This document shows, piece after piece, positions 25,087 through 38,975 of a stretch of DNA of 64,000 bases. The notes under the pieces were generated by a model that was given only the letters and a program-made list of their open reading frames with translations, ran no database searches and was not told the DNA's origin. The position numbers and the translations under genes were made by a program. Each line of letters opens with the position of its first letter. The stretch's first letter is position 1. Origin of the DNA: Macrostomum lignano (taxonomy: Eukaryota); assembly GCA_002269645.1 (NCBI GenBank), contig NIVC01002244.1, positions 1 to 64,000 on the forward strand, written 5' to 3'.

Positions 25087-25299
25087 CTGCAACTTTCGGC
25101 GAAGTAGTTTTTGTCAGTTTTATGTTGCATTCTACGAAATGTTGCATAGACTACTTAGAGTAGATGAAAGTCTAGATCATAGAAATTTTTAAAATAAGTT
25201 TTCCTTAGACTGTACACAGCCTGACATGTAACCTAAGGTTTGACATCCTCATGATAGTTTGACGCACCACAGTCTGACCCCTCATAGTCAAACCGAGTC

Positions 25300-25650
25300 T
25301 CTATAGATAGTCTGACAGAGGACAATCTGACACCCCATAGACAGTCTGACAGAGGACAATCTGACACCCCATAGACTGTCTGACACACCATAGACAGTCT
25401 GACACCTTATAGACAGGCTGACACCCCATAGACAGTCTGACATCCCATAGATAGTCTGACACCCCATAGATAGTCTGACACCTCATAGACAATCTGACAC
25501 CCCATAGAAGTCTGACACCTCATAGACAATCTGACAACCCATAGACAATCTGACACCTCATAGACATCTGACACCTCATAGACAGTCTGACACCTCATAG
25601 ACAATCTGACAACCCATAGATAGTCTGACACCCATACAGTCTGACACCCT
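25300..25650. repeat. ~19-20 bp minisatellite (ATAGACAGTCTGACACCCC)
   Basis: Direct reading of the sequence. Confidence 0.9.
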
Positions 25651-25670
25651 GCAGTGCAGCCGCGACTCAC

Positions 25671-25872
25671 CCAGTGGGCACTCGCCCACATATCCCGCAA
25701 TGGTGATGCCGAGCCCCCTGGAGCCGTGGCGGTTCAACAACACGGTGAAATGTTTCTCCTCTTCGTTCTCAAAGTCTTCTTCGGAATTTTCTTCTGCCGA
25801 ATTTCTGCTGTTTGACAATTGCGGTGGCTTGTGAAACTGCTCTAGGCAGTTCTGGGGCCAGCTGGTCTGGGT
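25671..25872 (-). CDS. MPDZ: MPDZ/PATJ-like exon: linker and start of PDZ3
   Basis: Acceptor CATCGCAG at 25873-25874 and donor G|GTGAGT at 25670. It encodes ...EEKHFTVLLNRHGSRGLGITIAGYVGECPL, phase 0-1. Confidence 0.88.
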
Positions 25873-26004
25873 CTGCGATGGTGTTCAAAGTATAGACATG
25901 AATTTTAGCGAAACAGCTAAGTGCTAAATGATAGGGGGATGGGTGGAACAGTTTGATTGATAAAATATTCTGCTTTTCCATAAATAAAACGATGAAATTA
26001 TTGC

Positions 26005-26675
<671 letters not shown>

Positions 26676-26708
26676 TCTTTGCTAGCAACAGACAAAGCTC
26701 TTCCCCAC

Positions 26709-27140
26709 CCGCGAATCCTGCTGCTCAGCCTCCGCCATCGCTTCCTCGTCGTTCAACTGCGGCTGCATCGTCGCCAGCAGGTCGGCCAGGTGCGCGTCCA
26801 GCTCGGCAGTCGGCGTCAGCTGGCAGAGCCGGCCGGGCTCCGCCGTCGGGCTGTGCGACGCCGCGTCCCGGACGGCGCGGGCAACAATGAGGCGCACCTG
26901 GTCGCTGCACTGGCGCAGGAGGCTGGCGACGTGCTCGCTGGCCATGCCGCGGGTGCACACCGTGCCGACGCTGAGGATGTGATCGCCGGAGCGAAGCCGG
27001 CCGTCCCTGTCGGCGGCGCCGCCAGAGAGGATGGTGCGGACCACCACGCCGGTGCTCTTGCTGCCCACGATGCCGAAGCCCAGGCCGGAGCCGTCGTTGA
27101 GCAGGTCGATCACCTCCAGCTCGGTCCATTCGGTGTTGAG
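26709..27140 (-). CDS. MPDZ: MPDZ/PATJ-like exon: complete PDZ2
   Basis: Acceptor CGCCCCCAG at 27141-27142 and donor CGG|GTGGGG at 26708, 432 nt. It encodes [56 protein letters not shown]...[15 protein letters not shown], matching MPDZ/PATJ PDZ2. Confidence 0.93.
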
Positions 27141-27159
27141 CTGGGGGCGGATATTTTTG

Positions 27160-28025
<866 letters not shown>

Positions 28026-28739
28026 AGGCGCATTCGAAGCTCTCTCATTAACTCTGATCTGCAGCCACTCCTCCAATTCGCCCCAGCTGTTTGAGAAGCG
28101 GTTTTTAATAACCAATTAGCAGCTGCTCAATTAGTTCGGAGAAGTCCCCAAGGGTGAGATGATGACGCTCCATGGTTTCAACCCGCCCAGCCTCAAACTG
28201 CAGCCAGAATTTGTCCCTGAAACAATTTTACAAGCCAAGCCGAAATTATTTGACAGCTCGATCCAAAAGCCGCCCCCTCCGGTGCACTCTTACAGGCCTG
28301 CCCTGTCTCCCTCTTCTAAGCCTGTTGCCTGCTTGTAATTCTTCTCCCTGCAGAGGGGGCGACCTCTCCTCCGCCTTCTCAGCCCCCAACCCCCCTCCTG
28401 GTTAATTAGATGCAGCAAGCGGCGAGGAGGCTGACAGGAAAAAAAGCATTGAGACGGCGTGCCCGTCTCAGGCCCGGTTGAAAACTGGGACGCGGCGCGA
28501 GGAGGCTGCTGAGGCAGTCGCTGCAGGCAGGGGGTTAACTGCAGAGAGTAATTATTTTACATGCAAGGCAAATTTCTATCTTCCTGCGCATCTTGCCGCT
28601 GAGTTTATGACAGCTAGTATTCGAAATGCTTTGCGGATTCTTGGAAGTTTTAAACTGTTTTTTTATTAAACACTTGAATTAGTTCAGTATTCAGTTCATT
28701 TCGGAGTCCCGTTTGATAATTATATATTGTCACTTCGTG

Positions 28740-31700
28740 AATTCACTCTCTGTTAATTGCATTGGTCACTCTCTGTTCATTGCTTTGGTCACTCTCTGTT
28801 CATTGCTTTGGTCATTCTCTGTTCATTGTGATGGTCACTCTCTGTTCATTGTGATGGTCACTCTCTATTCATTGCATTGGTCACTCTCTGTTCATTGCTT
28901 TGGTCACTCTCTGTTCATTGCATTGGTCACTCTCTATTCATTGCTTTGGTCACTCTCTGTTCATTGCTTTGGTCACTCTCTGTTCATTGCTTTGGTCACT
29001 CTCTGTTCATTGCTTTGGTCATTCTCTGTTCATTGTGATGGTCACTCTCTGTTCATTGTGATGGTCACTCTCTGTTCATTGTGATGGTCACTCTCTGTTC
29101 ATTGCTTTGGTCACTCTCTGTTCATTGCTTTGGTCACTCTCTGTTCATTACTTTGGTCACTCTCTGTTCATTGTGATGGTCACTCTCTGTTCATTGTGAT
29201 GGTCACTCTCTGTTCATTACTTTGGTCACTCTCTGTTCATTGTGATGGTCACTCTCTGTTCATTGTGATGGTCACTCTCTGTTCATTGCTTTGGTCACTC
29301 TCTGTTCATTGCTTTGGTCACTCTCTGTTCATTGCTTTGGTCACTCTCTGTTCATTGCTTTGGTCACTCTCTGTTCATTGCATTGGTCACTCTCTATTCA
29401 TTGCTTTGGTCACTCTCTGTTCATTGCTTTGGTCACTCTCTGTTCATTGCTTTGGTCACTCTCTGTTCATTGCTTTGGTCATTCTCTGTTCATTGTGATG
29501 GTCACTCTCTGTTCATTGTGATGGTCACTCTCTGTTCATTGTGATGGTCACTCTCTGTTCATTACTTTGGTCACTCTCTGTTCATTGCTTTGGTCACTCT
29601 CTGTTCATTGCATTGGTCACTCTCTGTTCATTGCTTTGGTCACTCTCTGTTCATTGCATTGGTCACTCTCTGTTCATTGCTTTGGTCACTCTCTGTTCAT
29701 TGCTTTGGTCACTCTCTGTTCATTGCATTGGTCACTCTCTGTTCATTGCTTTGGTCACTCTCTGTTAATTGCATTGGTCACTCTCTGTTCATTGCTTTGG
29801 TCACTCTCTGTTCATTGCTTTGGTCATTCTCTGTTCATTGTGATGGTCACTCTCTGTTCATTGTGATGGTCACTCTCTGTTCATTGTGATGGTCACTCTC
29901 TGTTCATTGCTTTGGTCACTCTCTGTTCATTGCTTTGGTCACTCTCTGTTCATTGCTTTGGTCACTCTCTGTTCATTGCTTTGGTCACTCTCTGTTCATT
30001 GTGATGGTCACTCTCTGTTCATTGTGATGGTCACTCTCTGTTCATTGTGATGGTCACTCTCTGTTCATTGTGATGGTCACTCTCTGTTCATTGCTTTGGT
30101 CACTCTCTGTTCATTGCTTTGGTCACTCTCTGTTCATTGTGATGGTCACTCTCTGTTCATTGCTTTGGTCACTCTCTGTTCATTGCATTGGTCACTCTCT
30201 ATTCATTGCTTTGGTCACTCTCTGTTCATTGCTTTGGTCACTCTCTGTTCATTGCTTTGGTCACTCTCTGTTCATTGCTTTGGTCATTCTCTGTTCATTG
30301 TGATGGTCACTCTCTGTTCATTGTGATGGTCACTCTCTGTTCATTGTGATGGTCACTCTCTGTTCATTGCTTTGGTCACTCTCTGTTCATTGCTTTGGTC
30401 ACTCTCTGTTCATTGCATTGGTCACTCTCTGTTCATTGCTTTGGTCACTCTCTGTTCATTGCTTTGGTCACTCTCTGTTCATTGTGATGGTCACTCTCTG
30501 TTCATTGTGATGGTCACTCTCTGTTCATTGTGATGGTCACTCTCTGTTCATTGCTTTGGTCACTCTCTGTTCATTGCTTTGGTCACTCTCTGTTCATTGC
30601 TTTGGTCACTCTCTGTTCATTGCTTTGGTCACTCTCTGTTCATTGCATTGGTCACTCTCTATTCATTGCTTTGGTCACTCTCTGTTCATTGCTTTGGTCA
30701 CTCTCTGTTCATTGCTTTGGTCACTCTCTATTCATTGCATTGGTCACTCTCTGTTCCTTGCATTGGTCACTCTCTGTTCATTGCTTTGGTCACTCTCTGT
30801 TCATTGCTTTGGTCACTCTCTGTTCATTGCATTGGTCACTCTCTGTTCATTGCATTGGTCACTCTCTGTTCATTGCATTGGTTACTCTCTGTTCATTGCA
30901 TTGGTCACTCTCTGTTCATTGCTTTGGTCACTCTCTGTCCATTGTGATAGTCACTCTCTATTCATTGTGATGGTCACTCTCTATTCATTGTGATGGTCAC
31001 TCTCTATTCATTGCATTGGTCACTCTCTGCTCATTGCATTGGTCACTCTCTGTTCATTGCATTGGTCACTCTATGTTCATTGCTTTGGTCACTCCCTGTT
31101 CATTGCATTGGTCACTCTCTATTCATTGCATTGGTCACTCTCTATTCATTGCATTGGTCACTCTCTATTCATTGTGATGGTCACTCTCTATTCATTGTGA
31201 TAGTCACTCTCTATTCATTGCATTGGTCACTCTCTGTTCATTGCATTGGTCACTCTCTGTTCATTGCTTTGGTCACTCTCTGTTCATTGCATTGGTCACT
31301 CTCTGTTCATTGCTTTGGTCACTCTCTGTTCATTGCATTGGTCACTCTCTGTTCATTGCATTGGTCACTCTCTGTTCATTGCATTGGTCACTCTCTGTTC
31401 ATTGCATTGGTCACTCTCTGTTCATTGTGATAGTCACTCTCTATTCATTGCATTGGTCACTCTCTATTCATTGTGATAGTCACTCTCTATTCATTGTAAT
31501 AGTCACTCTCTATTCATTGTGATAGTCACTCTCTATTCATTGTGATAGTCACTCTCTATTCATTGTGATAGTCACTCTCTATTCATTGCATTGGTCACTC
31601 TCTATTCATTGTGATAGTCACTCTCTATCCATTGTGATGGTCACTCTCTATTCATTGTGATGGTCACTCTCTATTCATTGTGATGGTCACTCTCTATTCA

Positions 31701-31740
31701 TTGTGATGGTCACTCTCTATTCATTGTGATGGTCACTCTC
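28740..31740. repeat. 23 bp minisatellite (TTGGTCACTCTCTGTTCATTGCT), ~130 copies
   Basis: Variants GCTTT/GCATT/GTGAT occur in recurring blocks. Confidence 0.97.
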
Positions 31741-32281
31741 TATTCCTTGCTTTTTCCGAGGTCATTCCAGATTATTTATGCTGTTCAGTCACTCCGTCAA
31801 GATGTTTATTTCCTATCTCAGATTTCATTTACTTTTCTTTTCATACGGAGAGTCAAATTTTTGTTTAAATCCCTGCGCTACAGCCACCAGCCTGGACAAA
31901 AGGCACACACACCGGATCAGCTTCCCCTATTCCCCTCCAGATTCCCTCTTTGACGTGACGGTGGGGATGAGGCACCCGCTCCGAAGATCAAAAGCCAGCA
32001 GACAGCAGAATCCGTGTGTCTAGTATTATGAAAAAATCAAAACAGGAAAATAGCCAAGCAGGCAGGGGGGTGGCCCATGGCGCGATTTTTTGGAATTTGA
32101 GAATTCAGGGCTCAGGGGGGGAAAGAGGGAGATGCCCGTCTATTCTCCTGATAGAAGACGGGGAGGAGGTTATTCGTTCCCCAAATAAGGACAGGAATTT
32201 CACAAGACTTTGAAGCTAAAAAACGTTTATTGAGCTTGTGAAATTAGTCAGCTATCTGAGGTTCTTAGTGTAACGCTGCAA

Positions 32282-33120
32282 GTGACCCCTGAGTCAAGGT
32301 TAACCCTGATTCAAGATGACCTCTGAGTCAAGGTTAACCCTGATTCAAGATGACCCCTGAGTCAAGGTTAACCCTGATTCAAGATGACCTCTGAGTCAAG
32401 GTTAACCCTGATTCAAGATGACCCCTGAGTCAAGGTTAACCCTGATTCAAGATGACCTCTGAGTCAAGGTTAACCCTGATTCAAGATGACCCCTGAGTCA
32501 AGGTTAACCCTGATTCAAGATGACCTCTGAGTCAAGGTTAACCCTGATTCAAGATGAGGCCTGAGTCAAGATTACCCTAGTTACACAAGATGAGGCCTGA
32601 GTCAAGATGACCCTAGTTACACAAGATGAGGCCTGAATCAAGGTCTCACTACCCTCCCTAACCCTCACACTTCCCACTGACCTCTGAGTCAATATGACCA
32701 CTGAGTCAAGATGACCCTGAGTCAAAATGACCCCTAAGTCAAAGCGACCCCTGAGTCAAAGCGACCCCTGAGTCAAGATCACCATAGTTACTCAAGATGA
32801 GGCCTGAATCAAGGTCTCACTACCCTCCCTAACCCTCACACTTCCCACTGACCTCTGAGTCAATATGACCACTGAGTCAAGATGACCCTGAGTCAAAATG
32901 ACCCCTAAGTCAAAGCGACCCCTGAGTCAAAGCGACCCCTGAGTCAAGATCACCATAGTTACTCAAGATGAGGCCTGAATCAAGGTCTCACTACCCTCCT
33001 GACCCTGAGTTAAGAATATGACCCCTGAGTCAAGATGACCCCTGAGTCAAGATGACCCCTGAGTCAAGATGACCCCTGAGTCAAGATGACCCCTGAGTCA
33101 AGATGACCCCTGAGTCAAGG
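32282..33120. repeat. Compound 17/34 bp repeat with a 171 bp higher-order unit, rich in TGAGTCA
   Basis: GATGACCCCTGAGTCAA + GGTTAACCCTGATTCAA dimers. AGGTCTCAC recurs at 32641, 32812 and 32983. Confidence 0.9.
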
Positions 33121-33594
33121 CGAAGAAATCAAAGCAGCTCAGTGGGTTAACGCTTCGGTCTCTTGCGCCAAAGTACATTAACTAAGCTTCGATTCCCCGC
33201 GCCTTACGCTAGTTAGCCGCTGAGCTGCTCTCTGACACACCAGCCCTTTAATTGACTTTGCTTTGCATTTTGCTTTTAATTATCGCAAGAAGAAGAGAGT
33301 GACTGGGTGAGCTTGATGGAGACTTGAGCACACTTCATTCGTGCTCAACTTAGCCTTCGAGTGCCGCTGTTTTGCAGATGTTTGCAGTTCCTTCAAGCGC
33401 TTGCTTGTTCAAAGAGGTCATTGTGTGAGCGGTTTCTAATAAGTAGCCCTCTTTATCCTCATTGACAAGAAATTTGTACTCACACCAAAACTAATTCAGT
33501 GTTACATTAAAGTCACGTGCTAGCGACTCCAAAATCTTTGCACTAATTTGGTGCCATTTGATCAATTTTTGGCGCCACTTTAAGCTTGACGAAT

Positions 33595-34240
33595 GACAGG
33601 GGCTCAAGTTTTGCCACCAAGAGACAGGGGCTCAAGTTTTGCCACCAAGAGACAGGGGCTCAAGTTTTGCCACCAAGAGACAGGGGCTCAAGTTTTGTCA
33701 CCAAGAGACAGGGCTCAAGTTTTGCCACCAAGAGACAGGGGCGCCCACCAAGAGACAGGACGCTCACCAGGAGACAGGGGCGCCCACCAATAAATAGGGT
33801 CGCCCAACCAAGAGACAGGGGCGCCCATCAAGAGACATGGGCGCCCACCAAGAGACAGGGGCGCCCACCAAGAGACAGGACGCTCACCAGGAGACAGGGG
33901 CGCCCACCAATAAATAGGGTCGCCCAACCAAGAGACAGGGGCGCCCATCAAGAGACATGGGCGCCCACCAAGAGACAGGGGCGCCCACCAATAAATAGTC
34001 GCGCCCCGCCCACCCGAGAGACAAGGGTGCCCACCCGAGAGACAGGGGCGCCCACCCGAGAGACAGGGGCGCCCACCCAAGAGACAGGGGCGCCCACCCG
34101 AGAGACAGGGGCGCCCACCCGAGAGACAGGGGCGCCCACCCGAGAGACAGGGGCGCCCATCAAGAGACAGGGGCGCCCACCCAAGAGACAGGGGCGCCCA
34201 CCCGAGAGACAGGGGCGCCCACCCGAGAGACAAGGGCACC
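33595..34240. repeat. GC-rich ~20-21 bp minisatellite (CAAGAGACAGGGGCGCCCAC)
   Basis: Direct reading; includes an internal ~120 bp duplication. Confidence 0.9.
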
Positions 34241-34624
34241 CAGTCAGGAGATCTGGCCCTGCAGCCAACTGACATGCATCACAGGCATTTGTACTCAGTA
34301 GATTATAAAAGGTATAAAAGCTTTTGCTAAAGCAAAAGGCTTTAAAGACAGGGAAGGTTGTTTACCACGCTCAAATCTGTTTATTTTCACTTTTCAGTCT
34401 GTAATCCATCCGATTGCTAAGTCACTTTTGAAAGGCTTGTAGAGGGCCGTTAGGAGCTGATCCGTGATCCAATTTATGCCCAAACTTCAAGAGCTCAGCA
34501 CTGCAAAAGTACAAAGCGCAGAGGACTTAACGAGGCCCGAAAGGGAACAACGCTGAAATCTTAGGTTTGTGTCATGTTTTCTGCATGTACTACATTAGAA
34601 CTAATTTACCAACCAACGATTTCT

Positions 34625-35900
34625 AGACCATTCTAACAAAGCTGCGACCATTCTAAGAAAGCTGCGACCATTCTAAGAAAGCTGCGACCATTCTAAGAAA
34701 GCTTCGACCATTCTAAAAAAGCTGCGACCATTCTAAAAAAGCTGCGACCATTCTAAGAAAGCTGCGACCATTCTAAGAAAGCTGCGACCATTCTAAGAAA
34801 GCTGCGACCATTCTAAGAAAGCTTCGACCATTCTAAAAAAGCTGCCACCATTCTAAGAAAGCTGCGACCATTCTAAGAAAGCTGCGACCATTCTAAGAAA
34901 GCTGCGACCATTCTAAGAAAGCTGCGACCATTCTAAGAAAGCTGCGACCACTCTAAGAAAGCTGCGACCATTCTAAGAAAGCTGCGACCATTCTAAGAAA
35001 GCTTCGACCATTCTAAGAAAACTGCGACCATTCTAAGAAAGCTGCGACCATTCTAAGAAAGCTTCGACCATTCTAAGAAAACTGCGACCATTCTAAGAAA
35101 GCTGCGACCATTCTAAGAAAGCTTCGACCATTCTAAGAAAGCTGCGACCATTCTAAGAAAACTGCGACCATTCTAAGAAAGCTGCGACCATTCTAAGAAA
35201 GCTGCGACCATTCTAAGAAAACTGCGACCATTCTAAGAAAGCTGCGACGATTCTAAGAAAGCTGCGATCATTCAAAGCTGTAACCATTCTCAGAAACCTG
35301 CGATGATTCTAAGAAAGCTATGACAACTCTAAGAAAGCTGCGACGATTCTAAGAAAGCTGCGACCATTCTAAGAAAGCTTCGACCATTCTAAGAAAGCTG
35401 CGACGATTCTAAGAAAGCTGCGACGATTCTAAGAAAGCTGCGACCATTCTAAGAAAGCTTCGACCATTCTAAGAAAGCTTCGACCATTCTAAGAAACCTG
35501 CGACCATTCTAAGAAAACTGCGACCATTCTAAGAAAGCTGCGACGATTCTAAGAAAGCTGCGATCATTCAAAGCTGTAACCATTCTAAGAAAGCTGCGAC
35601 GATTCTAAGAAAGCTGCGACGATTCTAAGAAAGCTGCGACCATTCTAAGAAAGCTTCGACCATTCTAAGAAAGCTTCGACCATTCTAAGAAAGCTGCGAC
35701 CATTCTAAGAAAACTGCGACCATTCTAAGAAAACTTCGACGATTCTAAGAAAGCTGCGACCATTCAAAGACAGCTGCGATCATTCTAAGAAAGCTGCGAC
35801 GACTCTAAGAAAGCGGTGACGATTCTAAGAAATTTGCGACGATTCTAAGAAAACTGCGACGATTTTAAGAAAGCGGTGATGATTCTAAGAAAGCTGCTAA
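34625..35900. repeat. 20 bp minisatellite (CCATTCTAAGAAAGCTGCGA)
   Basis: Direct reading of the sequence. Confidence 0.95.
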
Positions 35901-36054
35901 AACTACGACAATTGTAACAAAGCTGGGACGACTATAGGTAAGCTGAAGCACGACTCTAAAAATTTTAGAATTATTCTAAAAAAGCAGAGACGATATAACG
36001 CGTGACACCCTAACAGCAAAAAGTAACTGGTATCTGATAACCCTGATATCGCAG

Positions 36055-36210
36055 AACACCCCAGGTAACCCAGGTAACCCAGGTACGAGCTCGTGGCCCA
36101 TGTAAATTAGGTAGCCCGATTAACCCAGGTAAGTAAGGTAACCCGGGTGGTCCAGGTAAACCGGGTGGTCCAGGTAAACCGGGTAGCCCAGGTAAACAGC
36201 CCAGGTAACA
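36055..36210. repeat. 9 bp degenerate repeat (ACCCAGGTA)
   Basis: Direct reading of the sequence. Confidence 0.8.
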
Positions 36211-36229
36211 CAACTCATCTCCAACAGAC

Positions 36230-36736
36230 CTCGGCGCATTCGCAGGGCACCGCAGCGCATTCGGGCCTCCTCAGCACGCATTTCGGTTTCGTGTGCCGAA
36301 TTCTACGAAACCCGTCCCGCTCCGAGGTGAGCACCTCGGCTCCCGGCGAACACTTCAGCAGCGCCTCAGAGACACCTGCCGACGATTCGGCCTCGGCCGT
36401 TGCTCCGCTAGAAATCTCCATGGCTGACACCGACTGTTGCCTGTCGACAACGTTGCAGCAGCTGCCGCTGCCACCGACGCTGCCATGCGGGCTACCGCTG
36501 CTCCGCCGCCTCTCCAGCGGGGTGGCCATCAGCATCAGCGACTGACGGCGAATTTCCACCTCTCGCCGACGATGCCAAATTAGGCCCATGGCGGCTACGG
36601 CGCTGATTCCGGCCACTTCATCCACGGATTCGTCAATCATTTTCTTAGAAATCTCATACGGCCGACTTCGGTAGCCGGGGCTCCATTCTCGGGGGCTTGA
36701 GTTTCGTTTGAAACGAATAAGAAGGTGAGGCGTCAG
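36230..36736 (-). CDS. Candidate 169-codon exon of unknown homology on the MPDZ strand (alternatively a terminal exon ending at the stop at 36215)
   Basis: Strong pyrimidine-tract acceptor CCCTCACCTCCCCTTCGAAG at 36737-36738. The frame is open through ORF 36215..36640 with coding-like composition. There is a weak phase-0 donor GAG|GTCTGT at 36229. Confidence 0.4.
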
Positions 36737-37594
36737 CTTCGAAGGGGAGGTGAGGGACAGGGGCGGTTCCTATTGGGGTTCACGCCGCTTGCGGGGGTGG
36801 TGGGAGTTGTCTAATTAGCCAATTAGAAAGCGAGATGCTGGTATTTTAGTTGTCTAATAATTAGAAGTTTATTGATTTTTATTCGCTGATTATAAAGTCA
36901 ATTTGGTAAGTGCCAGAAATTTCCAACATTTTGTTAATTAATTTTAAATAATAACTAGTTATCTCGAACTAAATAAAAGTCACTATGCACTACTTATTTA
37001 CTGATAATAGTAGAGATGCAAGTTTTTTATGCTACTAAATTGAAAAGATATTAGATAAATCAGTGAAAAGGAAAACACGCGGCATAAATAGTCGGGGCTA
37101 AATGGGTCGGTTGTCCAGATCCCCAATTACCGCCGGGATACAATCACTGGCTTGATGAGGCCGGGCCTGTCTGTCGCGACCGAGAGGAAGCCAATCGATC
37201 TACTTGCTGACCCTCTTGAGCCTCTCAGAGTACAAATTCAAAATAGAGGGGTTGGGGTTCGATTTCCTTCGCTTCTCGACTTTGCACGCGGCTCGGAGGC
37301 AGGAGGGCTGCAGCCTCTCAGTCTCTCTGTCCGGCAGGCGAAGGGGGGGGGGCAAATCTGCTTCGTCCCCACACACTTTCGATAATCCCCAAGGGGATTA
37401 GAAAGCCGCCTCTCGATTCCCATCTCAACTGAAATTTCCCCTCCGAAATCTCTCGCCGCCCCGGAAGTGGCCAAGTGCTCTGTGCTCTGTCTCACTTTCA
37501 ACAGGGCGGTCTCGCGGGCGGCTGGCTCTCCACCCTCAGCTGCTGCTGCGATTGAAATTCAGTTCTGCTCCAAGCTGTGCTGAGTGGATTAAAT

Positions 37595-38140
37595 GACTGA
37601 CTGACTGACTGACTGACTGACTGACTGACTGACTGACTGACTGACTGACTGACTGACTGACTGACTGACTGACTGACTGACTGACTGACTGACTGACTGA
37701 CTGACTGACTGACTGACTGACTGACTGACTGACTGACTGACTGACTGACTGACTGACTGACTGACTGACTGACTGACTGACTGACTGACTGACTGACTGA
37801 CTGACTGACTGACTGACTGACTGACTGACTGACTGACTGACTGACTGACTGACTGACTGACTGACTGACTGACTGACTGACTGACTGACTGACTGACTGA
37901 CTGACTGACTGACTGACTGACTGACTGACTGACTGACTGACTGACTGACTGACTGACTGACTGACTGACTGACTGACTGACTGACTGACTGACTGACTGA
38001 CTGACTGACTGACTGACTGACTGACTGACTGACTGACTGACTGACTGACTGACTGACTGACTGACTGACTGACTGACTGACTGACTGACTGACTGACTGA
38101 CTGACTGACTGACTGACTGACTGAATGACTGACTGACTCA
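37595..38140. repeat. (ACTG)n microsatellite starting inside a splice donor
   Basis: The minus strand reads ATG|GTGAGTCAGTCAGTC... Confidence 0.97.
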
Positions 38141-38141
38141 C

Positions 38142-38171
38142 CATGACGCCGAACCCGTGAGGTATCAAATC
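38142..38171 (-). CDS. Candidate 30 nt micro-exon or first exon (DLIPHGFGVM) upstream of PDZ2
   Basis: Acceptor AACGGCAG at 38172-38173 and consensus donor ATG|GTGAGT at 38141. It is phase 0 and joins LNTEW in frame. Confidence 0.5.
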
Positions 38172-38255
38172 CTGCCGTTATTCAAAGAGCAACATCTGCC
38201 AGACTGTGTCGAACCCTGCAGCTTGAAACCGGCTCGAAGAGAAGCGGCGTCAAGC

Positions 38256-38269
38256 GTTGCCATGGCAAC
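38256..38269. promoter_or_regulatory. RFX X-box (GTTGCCATGGCAAC)
   Basis: Perfect canonical palindrome, extended to 20 bp (38253-38272), followed by a GTTGCTAG half-site. Confidence 0.7.
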
Positions 38270-38539
38270 GCTGTTGCTAGGGCTCCGATAAAAAGTCGAC
38301 AAATTAGGGATCTGAAAAAAATAATTAGTTTTTGAGAGGCATTTTCAACTGCGAGGCTTCTTAGTTCAAAGGATCAGAAAAAATTGATTGCATTTTCTGG
38401 GGAGCCAAGCCAACTGATGGGTTATCCAAGAATTTCCTTCAGTCAGGCGTCTGAAAAAATGAGAGCGACATTTAGTATAGGAGAGGGAGAGTTGCGACTG
38501 AGACAGATATTCGCTATCCGCTATGTCACATATTCATCT

Positions 38540-38975
38540 GCGTCTCTAATCTCACCCCTCTCTAATCTCACCCTCTCTAATCTCGCCTCTCTCTAATCTC
38601 AGCTCTCTCTAATCTCAACCCTCTCTTATCTCACCCCTCTCTATTCTCACCTCTCTCTAATCTCACCCTCTCTAATCTCACCCTCTCTAATCTCACCCTC
38701 TCTAATCTCACAATCTTATCTCACACCTCTCTAATCTTATCCTCTCTGATCTCAACCTCTCTAATCTTACCCTCTCTGATCTCAACCTCTCTAATCTTAC
38801 CCTCTCTGATCTCAACCTCTCTAATCTTACCCTCTCTGATCTTAACCTCTCTAATCTCACCTCTCTTTAATCTCACCTCTCTTTAATCTAAAGTCTATTT
38901 AATCTCACCCTCCCTGAACTTACATCTCTCTAATCTCACCCCTCTCTAATCTCATCTTCTAATCACTCATCTCTC
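38540..38975. repeat. Degenerate ~15-20 bp CT-rich repeat (TCTCTAATCTCACCC)
   Basis: Direct reading of the sequence. Confidence 0.85.

Noticed and set aside
24278-25163. 289 aa and 283 aa heptad-like ORFs (STLSANI repeats)
   Set aside because: Read-through past the GTAAGT donor into a 21 bp minisatellite; only 24995-25086 is coding.
28713-31522. Many His/Cys-rich ORFs
   Set aside because: Products of the 23 bp array; no unique coding sequence.
32282-34240. CRISPR-like appearance of the compound repeats (also 57590-58085)
   Set aside because: Intervening segments are themselves repeated or degenerate copies, not unique spacers; no cas genes; eukaryotic context.
36010-36213. Collagen-like Gly-X-Y ORF
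   Set aside because: Only ~9 triplets, interrupted by YLP and NLH; explained by a 9 bp repeat and has no ATG or signal peptide.
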